DNA from: a virus | Lineage: Duplodnaviria > Heunggongvirae > Uroviricota > Caudoviricetes | DNA: 64,000 nucleotides | IMG/VR virus record: IMGVR_UViG_3300032007_000013 | Direction: 5' to 3' (one strand) | Shown: in pieces, positions 17,367 to 28,330 of the stretch | Numbering within the stretch: position 1 is the first letter of the stretch | Layout: each line of letters starts with the position of its first letter | The notes under the pieces: generated by a model | What the model saw: only the letters and a program-made list of their open reading frames with translations | Told to the model about the DNA's origin: nothing | Databases searched by the model: none | Program-made: the position numbers and the translations under genes

Positions 17367-17541
17367 TCAATAAAAATCTATCCTAAATCTATTCCCAAGT
17401 TCCACCAAATAAAGTTGCAGGACTAACGCTATTAACTGAAATATAAATACTTCCAACTGGATATATTAAATCTATTAACTCCTATTTAGTTACATAAGAA
17501 TCAATTTCAGCCCCTGTATGAGTTGAATTATAATTTTCCAT
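17320..17541 (-). CDS. tail-collar-domain protein, proximal part (frame A)
   Basis: ...[38 protein letters not shown]... resembles the phage tail-collar motif as I remember it. RBS GAGGTAA. Confidence 0.45.
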
Positions 17542-17547
17542 TAACAT

Positions 17548-17775
17548 TTACCTCTTTCTAACTAAAAGAATTTTTCCATCACTGGTTATAAATTGCTTTC
17601 CATCACTGGTTATAAATTCTACCATTTCTGTTTCAGTTGGCTCAGATGACTTCCATTCATTATTAACATATACATAAGGATTTGCTGGAAGCCAGCTACC
17701 ATTAGAATAAATATAACATAATCCACAATTATAATCATTAGTATTATAAATACTTAATCCACCTTGATGTATCAT
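17548..17775 (-). CDS. small hypothetical tail-associated protein (75 aa)
   Basis: ORF. Contains a 21-nt in-frame tandem duplication (FITSDGK x2). Confidence 0.45.
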   Translation of the reverse strand: MIHQGGLSIYNTNDYNCGLCYIYSNGSWLPANPYVYVNNEWKSSEPTETEMVEFITSDGKQFITSDGKILLVRKR

Positions 17776-17779
17776 ATAA

Positions 17780-20700
17780 TCACCTAATCCTTATCCAAAC
17801 ACGACCATCGACTTTTACTTTTCCAGTTCCCCACTCTTCATAATCTGGAATTTCTGAAATAGTTCCAATAGCACGCATTGGATATTTCTCTTCTTCCTCA
17901 TCAGTCATAATACTTACTGTTCCATTTGGTCCAGAGCAAACCGCATAACCAATATGAGAAGCAAATTCCTCAATAGACTCATAAGGGTAAGCAAGAACAC
18001 GACCATTTGAAGCAATTGGAGTATTATAACCATTTTCTTCATCTTGTCCAATAGCAAAGCCAAATGTATCAGAAATGATTTCACAGCCACGCTCAAGGCG
18101 TTTAGTGGTAAGAGATAATGTGCCATCTCCATTTTCTTTGATACATCTACCTGGCTTTTGTATATCTTTTTCTTTTTCATTATCTTTACGATATTCAGCA
18201 TAGTCATTCCAGACAGCTCCATAGGTACGAACTGAATAAAAATACCCAGTAGCTGAAATATATGTTAAACATCTATTTGCTATCGTATTACAATTTGTAG
18301 CAAAAAAGATTGAACCATCACTACATATTACCATATTTTCACTAGTTTGGCTTAGTTCAAAAGCATTAGCTCCAACTCCAGTATTAGCATTAGCTGTTTT
18401 ACCTTTTATAGCATTATTATAAATACCACTAGGGCTTTCTCCTGCCCCAATAATCATATTTCCAGCACTTTGAATAACCATATTTGTTCCATTAGCGGCA
18501 GTGTCTAAATCATCGTACACCTTGATATATCCTGTTGTAGTAATATTATTATTTGTCTATTTTACACTAAAGTTTAAAGTAGCTGGATAATTTTGAGCAA
18601 TTGATGTTGTTTTAAGAATAGTAAGATCTCCAGTCATTGTATCTCCAGCTTTATTAACAGCCCCTAAAGCACTTCGCCATGATGCTGGAGAACTTACAGA
18701 TACTTCATGTGTTCCATCTGGGCTTTCATATAATGTTAAAACATTCGTATGCGAAGTTCCAGAAGAATCATAATTTCTAGTCCCATATATCGTAAAATTA
18801 TAATTTGGTCTTAAGGGGTCAGAACTTGATTCCCTGCCCCACTGGATATAACTCATTAAACTACCATCTCGCGCTTGTCCACGGATTAAAGCTTGGCTAT
18901 AAGTTGTAGCACTAACATTTGTAGCAGCTGTTTCTAAATTTTGAGCATTTAAATTTAAAGCCCCTGTCATTGTATCTCCAGCTTTTAAAACATAATTAGT
19001 TAAAATTGGTGTACTGCTCCAAGCCACATCCCTATTATCATCACTATTTTTAACTAATACCTAACCAGTGGTTCCTCCAATGGGCAACTCATATTGAGGA
19101 TCGGTTAACTAAAAGAAAATCTATCCTTCTTCTCCAGTCTCAGGAAGAGTATCGCCATAGGATACATTATTTGTACCTTTTAATGTTTTTGCCAATAAAT
19201 TACTAGTAATAAATCCGTTAGAAGGATTTAATGTTGGTCTATCTGTTGTAACATTTGGAATAGCTCCATAATAAGATTCATTACTTAATGAAGTCATATT
19301 TGTAAATGTAGCAACAGCAGAATCAGAACTATTCAAACCTACTATAGGTAATTCAATATCTGTGGTGCTTCCCCAAACTTTTTGTAAAGTATTAGTATTA
19401 TAATGTATATTATCAATAACCCAATTTGTCCCATCATAATGGAATAAATATGTTTGATTGGCTAATAGATATCCTGCTTCAGGGATATTATCTATAGTAT
19501 CATTATACATATATTTAATAGATTTATCACCAGTATTATTAACATTTAATTTTAAGTTGGTGACAGCAGCGCTATTAGTTTCACTAAATACTACAGCTAT
19601 AGCAGCACCTGTAACTAAATTTGTAGAGGTAAAGTCAGGACAAGTAACTGATTTTACAGCAGTTTCAGCAATAGTAGCGCAAGTTCCTTTAAAAATAAAA
19701 TGTTCTTCTTTAGCAGTAATATCGCCAGTTGAATTAGTAACAACTGATTTATTTGCGGCAATTGTATTGCTAATTTTTAATTTACCATCATTACTTATAT
19801 TACCATGAATATGATTTTGTAAAGCGAAACTACTAGCTAATCCTAGTAAATGCCATTTTCCATTTGACCATACAAATTCTTGTGAATTAGTTTTATATAA
19901 TACAACATCACCATCTGCTGGTGTTAAATTAGAACCACCAATTATACTAACTGGAGAAGTAGTAGCTTCATCTGTTAAAACAGTTTCTGTTACTCCTCTA
20001 AAAGTCATGGCCTTTGTTAATCCTAAATCAGTGATTCCAATTTCTACAGGTTTATTTCCAAAATAACTCTTATCGCCAATTTTTAATTCTTTCATCAAGA
20101 TTTCGCAAGTTTTTTCATTATTATTTATTTTTAGTTTTAAAGTATTTTTAGATGAATTTGTAGTAGAATCATAAGATAAAGTTTCAAATATATTATTTGC
20201 TTGTTCAAAAGAATCTCCATCCCAATAAACTGGAATTTTTGTTGAACCAATAGTATTAGAACCAATTAAAGATTTTTTTACATTATTATTAGAAATATAA
20301 TAAGTGCCGCCACCATCAGTAAAGGATTCAACTCCTAAGAAATAGTTTATAGAAGTTGCTTCTGGTAAGGCAGTAATATTTTTCCAAGTTAATGGACCAG
20401 CCATCTATCCTCCATTTAATGGCAGATAAGCTGTAGTATCTAAAGCCCATGTATTAGCAGCAGTTTTCTTTAATAACCCACTAGTTCCTGTCAATGCTTC
20501 AATAGCTTTTAAATCATCTGTTCCAGTAATTTCACTTAAAGAATAAGTTGGTTTAGTAGATGCTTTTGCCCAAGCGGATACATCGCTCGCTGGCATAGAA
20601 GTTGGGAAATCACTTATCTATGATTTAGTAATTGAAATATTCTAAAAAGTAGCAGAAATCTTACCATTTGTTTCAGATAATGCTGATAATGTTTTTCCAG

Positions 20701-22708
20701 CTCCAAAACCTGTAATATTAGATACATCTAAATTATTTATAGCATTTGTTACAGTAGATACTGTTGCTGCTTTATTCGTTGAAGCATTATATGTTCCATC
20801 AAAAGTATAAGTAGTATCAGTTACAGTTTCTGTCCCTGTGGTATAACCAGTTACGTGACCATAAGTATCAAATGTTAAACCAGTAATGTATTTTCTCCCA
20901 TTAGCAGTAAGATCTTCAACAGAAGAAGTATCCGCATGACTAATTGTTCTTATTCCAGAAGAAGTAATGGCGGTATTATCAGTATCTAATGTAATGCCAT
21001 CACCAGCTTTTAAAGTAATAGATGTTACAGTACCAGTTTTCCCATATCCAGAGGCGCCTGTAATAGCACTCCAAACTGCTTTTGATGTCGGAATAGTAGT
21101 ATCATTTGAGCCACTGGCTGGAGTAGATGTTGTAATAGTTTTTCCACTATCACTTAATCCTTTCCCCGTATTTCCAGTATAAATAGCAATACCATTGGTT
21201 GTAGAAGTCGCAGGTCCAATTACATAACCATCAATATTAGTTTGAACAACAGTCCAATGAGCATTATTAGCAGTAGTTCCATCGGTAATACAATAAATAG
21301 TATCTCCAATTTCACATTCCTATCCAGCATAAGTTCCAGCTGTTACTACTTTATATGTCCATCCTTGCTTATGAGTATTTGGTAAAGAAGTTACCGTAGC
21401 TCCATCATTAGAAGTTCCTAAAGTACCTTTAAAAACAAGAGCATCATTAGTAGTTAATATATTATCAACATATTGTTTAGTAGCAGCATGTAAATTATTT
21501 GTAGGATCAGCTGGTAATGTAAGCGCTCCAGTCATTGTGCCACCAGATTTATCAAGTTTTCCAGAAATATCTGTTATGACTGTTCCTAAATCTACAACAC
21601 CAGATGTGCCTTTTGATACTCCATTCATTTTTATACCAGTAATAGTACCAACATTATTAGTATATCCATTTGGATTTGAACTATCATAAGGAGTATACCC
21701 TAATGCTGTAGTAACACTAGTATTATCAATAGAAATTTTTCCATTACTATCAACATTAATATTACTTCCTATAATAACTCCACCTTTAGTTGAAGTTGTC
21801 GCAGTTGGCAATACATAATTGTTATAAGTAGGTAATGGACGAGTTTTAAAACTTATTTCTCCATTCGCATTCTATGAAACCGAATATACAAAACGAGTTG
21901 CTGTAGTAGATTCAGAAGTCCCAGTACTATCAGTATAAGCAGTCTGTTTTGTTTTATAATTTGACAAACTCTAATGCGCGGTTAATACTTCTTTTCCTCC
22001 ACTATATAATTTAGTAGCATATAAATAACCATTAAGATTTAACCTATCTGTTCTTATTGGATTAGTAGTAGAAGTATCAAAACTTAATTTAGATTGTTGG
22101 CTAGTGTATGGAGCATAAGTAATAGCTGTTTCAGAATTAGAACCATCTAAAATATTATCAACAGCAGAAGCCGTATTTGTATTTGGATTCGCAGGCATTG
22201 TAAAAATATAACTAGTGCCGCCAGCTGTTAATTTATATTTAGTACCAAAAGCTAATGTTAACTAATTAGTTCCATTATCAGTAGCAATAGTTGTAATATG
22301 CGTATGCCCACTTGTAGCTGCTCCAATATTAGCAGGAGTTAAATTTACCTATCCTGTTCTATAAGTAGCTTCAGCATTACCTTTAACACCAGTAACTGCT
22401 CCCAAAGTCCCTTCTACAGAATGACTTACCCCATCACCTGTAGTATAAGATAACTAATTATTAGAAATGGAAATTCCTTTTATATAAGTCTTATAGATTT
22501 CAGTGCTATTATGGCTATCATAAAAAGCCCTTTGGGCATTAATAGGTCGTCTATCTAAAACTAATTGGTTACTATTATTTTCAGAAGGATATTCAGCATC
22601 AATATAAAATAAACCATTATTAGTATTATAATAAGCATATCCATCATTCATTGGCATAGCATCTAATTTAGTTTTATCTTTACCTTTAAAAATTTTAAAA
22701 AGTGCCAA
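17780..22708 (-). CDS. tail fiber protein, ~1642 aa, reconstructed from nine standard-code ORF fragments joined by single in-frame TAG codons
   Basis: All junctions (22454, 22198/21971, 21811, 21320, 20596, 20404/20405, 19121/19027, 18557/18520) are single in-frame TAGs. Total 4929 nt, divisible by 3. Repeated SGGTMTGALTLPADPTNNLHAATKQYVD / KAGDTMTG.LNL tail-fiber motifs. TTG start with AAGGGGAG RBS. TGA stop. Confidence 0.65.
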
Positions 22709-22898
22709 TCTCTAGCTCCCCTTTCATATATAATAAAAAAAATGGAGATAGTAAGTCCTATCTCCAAAACAAAAAAGGGTACAGACATAGTAAGTCTATA
22801 CCCTTATAATTATTAAAATTAAACAGTTTTGAAAGGTATCTTACTCTTTCTCAATAAATTTAATAAATCTTAAAAATAAATTAAATACAATCGCCCAA

Positions 22899-22927
22899 TT
22901 GAAAATTTTAAAAAAATATTATATAAT
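22899..22927 (+). promoter_or_regulatory. sigma70-like promoter TTGAAA-N17-TATAAT (family copy)
   Basis: TTGAAA 22899-22904, TATAAT 22922-22927. Confidence 0.55.
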
Positions 22928-22959
22928 ATATATGTAAAATAAAGAAAGGAATTGATACT

Positions 22960-23493
22960 ATGGCTAAAATGTATCTTCTATGTGGTATGCCGGGAGCGGG
23001 CAAAAGCACTTTCGCAAAAGAATTTGCTGAAAAAAATGGTTATAAATATGTTTCTATTGATGAACGTTATAAGGCTCACAATGGAAGTGAAAGTAATAGA
23101 GAAAATAAGTTTAAAATTTGGCTCGAATTTTATGAATTACTTCATTATTATGAAGTTGTTAATTGTGATATTGTAGTAGACACTAATGCTCCTACCCTTT
23201 TTGACCGCTCTGAATTCCTTAATTGGTTTCCTATTTTTGAACATCATCTTATTTGGATTGATGCTCCTATTGACCTTTGTCTTAAAAATAATAGAAATAG
23301 AGAAAGAGTTATTCCAGAAGATACAATGAAAAAATTATTCCTTAATTTTGAGGAACCTACAATGTTTACTTATACAATGTCTTGCCGGGCTCGTAGTCAG
23401 TGGAAAAGTGTTTCTATGATTAAAAATAATAATAATCATTTTGAAAATAGAATTACTTTATTTGGAAGTTTTCCGAAGGGAGTTAAAATTTAA
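22960..23493 (+). CDS. P-loop kinase (AAA_33 / polynucleotide-kinase-like), 177 aa, no TAG
   Basis: Walker A LLCGMPGAGKST. Small nucleotide/polynucleotide kinase fold. Confidence 0.65.
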   Translation: MAKMYLLCGMPGAGKSTFAKEFAEKNGYKYVSIDERYKAHNGSESNRENKFKIWLEFYELLHYYEVVNCDIVVDTNAPTLFDRSEFLNWFPIFEHHLIWIDAPIDLCLKNNRNRERVIPEDTMKKLFLNFEEPTMFTYTMSCRARSQWKSVSMIKNNNNHFENRITLFGSFPKGVKI

Positions 23494-24062
23494 TGGCACT
23501 TGAAGGCTTATATAAATGCTTTTCTCATTGGGGTAAAGAGGGCGGCACGTGGATTATTTCAGATACCCATTTTGGTGAAGATGACTTAAAACGTGCCTAT
23601 CCTAATCGTCCTGATGATGAAACGCTTCTTAAAATAATTAACCAAAAAGTCGGTAAAACTGGCACGCTCATTCACATTGGTGATGTTGGCGATATTGAAT
23701 TTGCCAAAAGGCTTAAAGGTTATAAAATTCTTATTTGCGGCAATCATGATAAAGGGCCTGAAAACTATGAAGGCATTTTTGATGAGGTATATGCCGGTCC
23801 ACTTCTTATTTCTCCTAAACTTATGCTTTGCCATGAACCTATTAAATATCCTTATGCTTATGTAATTCATGGACACGACCATTCTGGTTCTCATTTTGAA
23901 TACGGGCATATGAATGTTTGTTGTGATGTAATTGGTTATTCTCCTATTAATTTTAATCAATTTCTTAAATCAGGCAAACTTAAAGAGTGTGAAAATATTG
24001 AACGTGAAACGATTGATAAAGCAACGGAACGGGCTCATAAGAAAGGAGGTAAACGTAAATAA
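23493..24062 (+). CDS. calcineurin-like metallophosphoesterase, 189 aa, no TAG
   Basis: Motifs SDTHFG, GDVGD, GNHD, HGHDH. Confidence 0.7.
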   Translation: MALEGLYKCFSHWGKEGGTWIISDTHFGEDDLKRAYPNRPDDETLLKIINQKVGKTGTLIHIGDVGDIEFAKRLKGYKILICGNHDKGPENYEGIFDEVYAGPLLISPKLMLCHEPIKYPYAYVIHGHDHSGSHFEYGHMNVCCDVIGYSPINFNQFLKSGKLKECENIERETIDKATERAHKKGGKRK

Positions 24063-24763
24063 TGTTGACTACAATTCTTTCTATTGGATTTGGAATTGGG
24101 GCATTTTTAATTACTTATTTAGCTAAACTTATTTATCCATATCTCAATATTAAAAATGATAGTAATATTCATATTTATTATAAAAATGCTTATAATAATT
24201 GGTATGGTGAAGGTAAAAATCTTCCTACTTTTACATTTAATAATTTTCTTCAATTTTATAATTTAAATCCAGAAGAATGGCAGATAATGGATACCGATGG
24301 AAAAGTAGTTTTGCCGGGCCGTAAAATAGGACAAAAAGCATATTATGGTTATGAATATGATTATCAACCTATCTTTTTTACAAATATGTTTGAATGTAAA
24401 AAATATCGAGATTGGGCTACTGAAAAAAGAAATGAAATAAAAAAAGAAAAAGATAGTGAAAAGAGAAATAAAGCTACTGAAACTATCCTTAACGCAGTTC
24501 AAGAGGATATTAATAAAGCCCGTAAAGAAAATATAGATATTATTAGTCAAACTGAGAATGATTTAGCAGCAAATTTTAAAAACTTAACTGTAACAGAAAA
24601 GCAGCAATTCATAACTGATGATGGACAAACTATCCAGCAAGAAATGTATTGCGGGATTGCCAGCAACGGACATCATGTTCGAGTAATTCGTTAGTAGCAA
24701 ATTAATCAAGATGGAAGTTTAACAGATTTAGGTATTACATTTTTTGAAAGTAGAAAAGAATAA
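24062..24763 (+). CDS. membrane-anchored hypothetical protein (233 aa), paralog family A (also 24982 and 49860); 2 TAG near the C-terminus
   Basis: N-terminal TM. Shared motif TFNNFLQFYNLNPEEW. Confidence 0.5.
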
Positions 24764-24764
24764 A

Positions 24765-24980
24765 ATGATAAATGAGAAAATAAAAGATATAATTATATGG
24801 CTTGTTAATTTTATATTATTGTTTATTTCTATCATTATTGGTATGGCAATTATTTGTTCTGCTGTTTATTTTCCATTAAAATGGTTAAATTGGAATGGGG
24901 CATACCCGATTACAATATGTATAGGTGTATTATATATAATAATTATGATAATTAAATTAATAGCGGAGGCAATGGAATAA
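24765..24980 (+). CDS. small membrane protein (71 aa)
   Basis: Two TM helices. ATG 24765. Confidence 0.45.
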   Translation: MINEKIKDIIIWLVNFILLFISIIIGMAIICSAVYFPLKWLNWNGAYPITICIGVLYIIIMIIKLIAEAME

Positions 24981-24981
24981 T

Positions 24982-25695
24982 ATGGTTTGGATTTTATTAG
25001 GTATTTTTATTGGTATTCCTACTTTAATTTTAGGTGGGGCTGCGATATCTGTAAAAATTGACGAAATAAAAGAAAAAGATGAAAGACAAAAAAAGCAAGA
25101 TAGAGAAAATGAAGATGTTTATAATCGCATCTTACAGACTACTTATACTGATAAAGTTGCTAATATTAAAGGTGCCGTAAAAGAACTTCCTCAAATGACT
25201 TTTGATCGTTGGTTAACTTTTTATAATACCAATCCTGATAATTGGGATATGGAAAAATTTACGACACATCTTAATTTAGGATACACAGATTATAATTATC
25301 TTATTCCTACTTATTATAAAACTACTAGCCATAAAGGAAAAGATAAAGTAATAGAAAATACCGTAGGTATTCCTATCTTTTGGACGGATTGGCACGAAGC
25401 AGTAAAATTTCATAACTGGTATATTAATGAATATAAAAGAGGTAATGCTGCTGGTTATGAGAAGAAACGTGATGCTTCTATGGAACAGCTTGCCAAATTT
25501 TTACAGGAAGATATCGAGGAGCGTCGTGCTCAGATCTTAAAAGATTATGAAAAAGTAGTTGATCAGACTCAACGAGTAAAGGTTGAGGGTAGTGAGATCA
25601 CTCTAGATTTGAACACTCCTGCTCGTGATAAATCTGGAGAGGAAGAAATTGCTGCCATAATGGATAAACTTTTAGCGACCGGTGGCGGGCATTAA
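24982..25695 (+). CDS. membrane-anchored hypothetical protein (237 aa), paralog family A
   Basis: N-terminal TM. Motif TFDRWLTFYNTNPDNW. Confidence 0.5.
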   Translation: MVWILLGIFIGIPTLILGGAAISVKIDEIKEKDERQKKQDRENEDVYNRILQTTYTDKVANIKGAVKELPQMTFDRWLTFYNTNPDNWDMEKFTTHLNLGYTDYNYLIPTYYKTTSHKGKDKVIENTVGIPIFWTDWHEAVKFHNWYINEYKRGNAAGYEKKRDASMEQLAKFLQEDIEERRAQILKDYEKVVDQTQRVKVEGSEITLDLNTPARDKSGEEEIAAIMDKLLATGGGH

Positions 25696-25774
25696 TATCT
25701 AATTGAAAACTGCTGATTACCATTTTTTTACTAGATAATTGTAAGAAAATTGGTAATCGGCAGTTTCTTTTAAT

Positions 25775-25802
25775 TGAAAATTTTAAAAAAATATTATATA
25801 AT
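25775..25802 (+). promoter_or_regulatory. sigma70-like promoter TTGAAA-N16-TATAAT (family copy)
   Basis: TTGAAA 25775-25780, TATAAT 25797-25802. Confidence 0.55.
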
Positions 25803-25857
25803 ATATATGTAAGTTAAAGAAAAAGATAAATAAATTTTTTATTAGGAGCTGATACTT

Positions 25858-26475
25858 ATGTTTAAATTGAAACCTTCTTTTTTTCCTAAGCTGCATATTG
25901 AAATTGAACGTTGGAAATATCTTGAATCTATGGATGTTTATATTTCTTCTTATGGCCGTTTTAAAGATAAGAATGGAGAATTTCTTTCTGTTGGAGCAAG
26001 AAATAATTATCTTGTTTTCCGTGGAGAATCTGTTCATCGGCTCGTTCTTTCAACTTTTAAACCTGTTCCTGGTTGGGCTGGTTTGACTGTTGATCATCTT
26101 AATCATAATACTCGTGATAATAGAGTTAGCAATCTTGAATGGGTTACTCTTGCTGAAAATACAAGACGTGCTCGTAAAGATGAAAATGACAATACAAAAA
26201 CAATGCTTCAAAAAACGGAAGAAAAGATTAAAGTAACAGAAGAAATTAAAGCGGCGGAAGCAAAAGCTACTACTGCTAATGATGGTGTTTATGTTGTTCT
26301 TAATGGAGTTAAACTTCCCATTGATGCGGCAGGTCAGCTTATGAAGAATGATAAAAGTTTAAGCGTTGATAAAATTAATACTATTATTAAAAATATTAAA
26401 GAAAATGCCAAACGTGATTATGCTTATGGTAATTGGAAAATTAGAGGTATGGAAGCTGGTATTCCCAATAATTAA
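25858..26475 (+). CDS. HNH endonuclease (HNH_3 family), 205 aa, no TAG
   Basis: VHRLVLSTFKP...LTVDHLNHNTRDNRVSNLEWVTLAEN. Confidence 0.7.
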   Translation: MFKLKPSFFPKLHIEIERWKYLESMDVYISSYGRFKDKNGEFLSVGARNNYLVFRGESVHRLVLSTFKPVPGWAGLTVDHLNHNTRDNRVSNLEWVTLAENTRRARKDENDNTKTMLQKTEEKIKVTEEIKAAEAKATTANDGVYVVLNGVKLPIDAAGQLMKNDKSLSVDKINTIIKNIKENAKRDYAYGNWKIRGMEAGIPNN

Positions 26476-26493
26476 TTAAGGAGAAAAAAATAA

Positions 26494-26724
26494 ATGATAA
26501 AGAAACGACTTAATTATGAAACAGTAATTAATCCTAATGAATTTTGTAATGCACCAACGAATGAAGAAATAAAACAATTAATTGAAATTGCCAAACAAAA
26601 TCCTGATTGTATTGTTAGAGTTCATTGGTATGTAAAATATAATGGTTGGTTTGATAGAGCTGTCAGTGCGGATGATACTGTTGAAACTTTTAAAGCAAGA
26701 ATACCAAAAAGCTATGGGTTATGA
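26494..26724 (+). CDS. hypothetical protein (76 aa)
   Basis: ORF with RBS AAGGAG. Confidence 0.45.
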   Translation: MIKKRLNYETVINPNEFCNAPTNEEIKQLIEIAKQNPDCIVRVHWYVKYNGWFDRAVSADDTVETFKARIPKSYGL

Positions 26725-26963
26725 TGAATAAATTATTAAAAGATTTGCGTGACTGTAGTGGTTGCGGTTTTGCCGCTTGCCGTACAGCAATAGAATATTG
26801 CCAAATTCATAAAAATTGCTCTCCATTAGCATATTTAATGATAATGTATAATGGAGTAAAGTATAGTGATATAGATAAAGTAATTGTAGAAGAAACAAAA
26901 AGACTGCTTGATAATCCTCCATATTGGGCTAAAAATACTCAAATTTATGAGGTAATTAAATAA
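26721..26963 (+). CDS. Cys-rich hypothetical protein (80 aa)
   Basis: ORF; CSGCGFAAC motif. Confidence 0.45.
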   Translation: MMNKLLKDLRDCSGCGFAACRTAIEYCQIHKNCSPLAYLMIMYNGVKYSDIDKVIVEETKRLLDNPPYWAKNTQIYEVIK

Positions 26964-27196
26964 TGAAACTTTATAGAGTGCATAATATACCAGAATATAA
27001 CTTTTTGCCTGCATTTGTTGAAGTATTATTTGCTGAAAATGAAGAGCAAGCAGAAATAATTTATAAAGAATATGCGAAAAGATTCTGTGATGATTATTCT
27101 GATGATGGTGATCGTATTCGCATTGATGAACTTAAAATTGCCCCAGGAGTTTTTAGAAATTATTCTATATACTATATTCCAGATATAGATGATTAA
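26963..27196 (+). CDS. hypothetical protein (77 aa)
   Basis: ORF. Confidence 0.4.
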   Translation: MKLYRVHNIPEYNFLPAFVEVLFAENEEQAEIIYKEYAKRFCDDYSDDGDRIRIDELKIAPGVFRNYSIYYIPDIDD

Positions 27197-27337
27197 ATAT
27201 GAAAAGGAGTGATAAAATATGCTAAATAAAGATGGAGTTCGCGAGCTAGCTTAAAATTATAGGACAGATTTCGTTAATAAAATTTATTTAACTTCTATAT
27301 ATAATAGAAAAAAATATAGAAGGAGATACTTATTAAT

Positions 27338-28324
27338 ATGGCAAAAGCGATAGATTTAACTAATTAGGATTTTGGATATTTACATGTAATAGAAAGAGAT
27401 TATGAAATTTAGAAACAACATCCAAATGAAAGATAGGCTTGGTGGAAATGTGAATGCAAAGCCTGTGGAAAAATAAAATCTTTTAGAAGTTCTGTTATTA
27501 AAAAATCTAAATCTTGTGGTTGTGTAAAAAATTATGGACCATTAACTGAAAAAGCAAAAAATCATCTTAAAGAAATGGCTCAAAATAATAGTTTAAATTT
27601 AGTTGGTCAACGTTTTTCTCATTTGCTTGTTTTATCCTATGCTCCAGAAGAAAAATAGATTTATTATAATGGCAAACATAGACGGACTTGGCTATGTTAG
27701 TGTGATTGTGGCAATCAATGTTATGTAACGACAGAAAATTTAAGACGAGGAGATACTCGCTCTTGTGGCTGTATTACTCGTGAAAATAGAAGAAAACAAT
27801 TAAAAGATTTATCTGGATAGAGATTTGGCCATTTATTAGTATTAAATTATATTGGAACAATTAATGGAAATACTAAATATAAAGTTAAATGTGATTGTGG
27901 AAAAGAATATGAAATTTTTGCGAGTAATTTAACTCAAGGCTGCACTACTAGTTGTGGTTGTGTAAAAGAATCTCATGGAGAAAATAAAATTCATGAAATT
28001 TTAACTCAAAATAATATATTATTTATTAATTAGAAAGTTTTTCCAAATTTTAAATTTAGTGATACAAAAGGAACGCCAAAATTTGATTTTTATTTGCCAA
28101 CATTAAATACTTGTATTGAATATGATGGAGAACAACATTTTTCAAAAGTATTTAATTTTGATACAGACGAAGATTTCTAGAAGAGAAAATTTCATGACTT
28201 TGAGAAAAATTAGTATTGTTTAAATAATAATATAATTTTAATTAGAATTCCATATACACAATATACTTTTTTAAATATAAAAGATTTATTACCAGAAACA
28301 TCAAATTTTATTATTAAGGAGTGA
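27338..28324 (+). CDS. zinc-ribbon-repeat / DUF559-like endonuclease family protein (328 aa), ~10 in-frame TAG
   Basis: Three LxGQRFGHLLVL...WLCQCDCGN...SCGC repeats, then ...KFDFYLPTLNTCIEYDGEQHF...LIRIPY. TGA stop 28322-28324. Confidence 0.65.
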
Positions 28325-28330
28325 TTTTTA

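Noticed and set aside
19458-21182. Plus-strand ORFs 19458-19808 and 20967-21182
   Set aside because: Antisense to the merged tail fiber gene, with low-complexity translations. The 23586-23960, 24263-24550, 25783-26037, 28724-29032, 35733-35972, 36009-36254, 36673-36936, 46441-46863, 47532-48224, 48739-49146, 50055-50255 and 54202-54402 antisense ORFs were rejected for the same reason.
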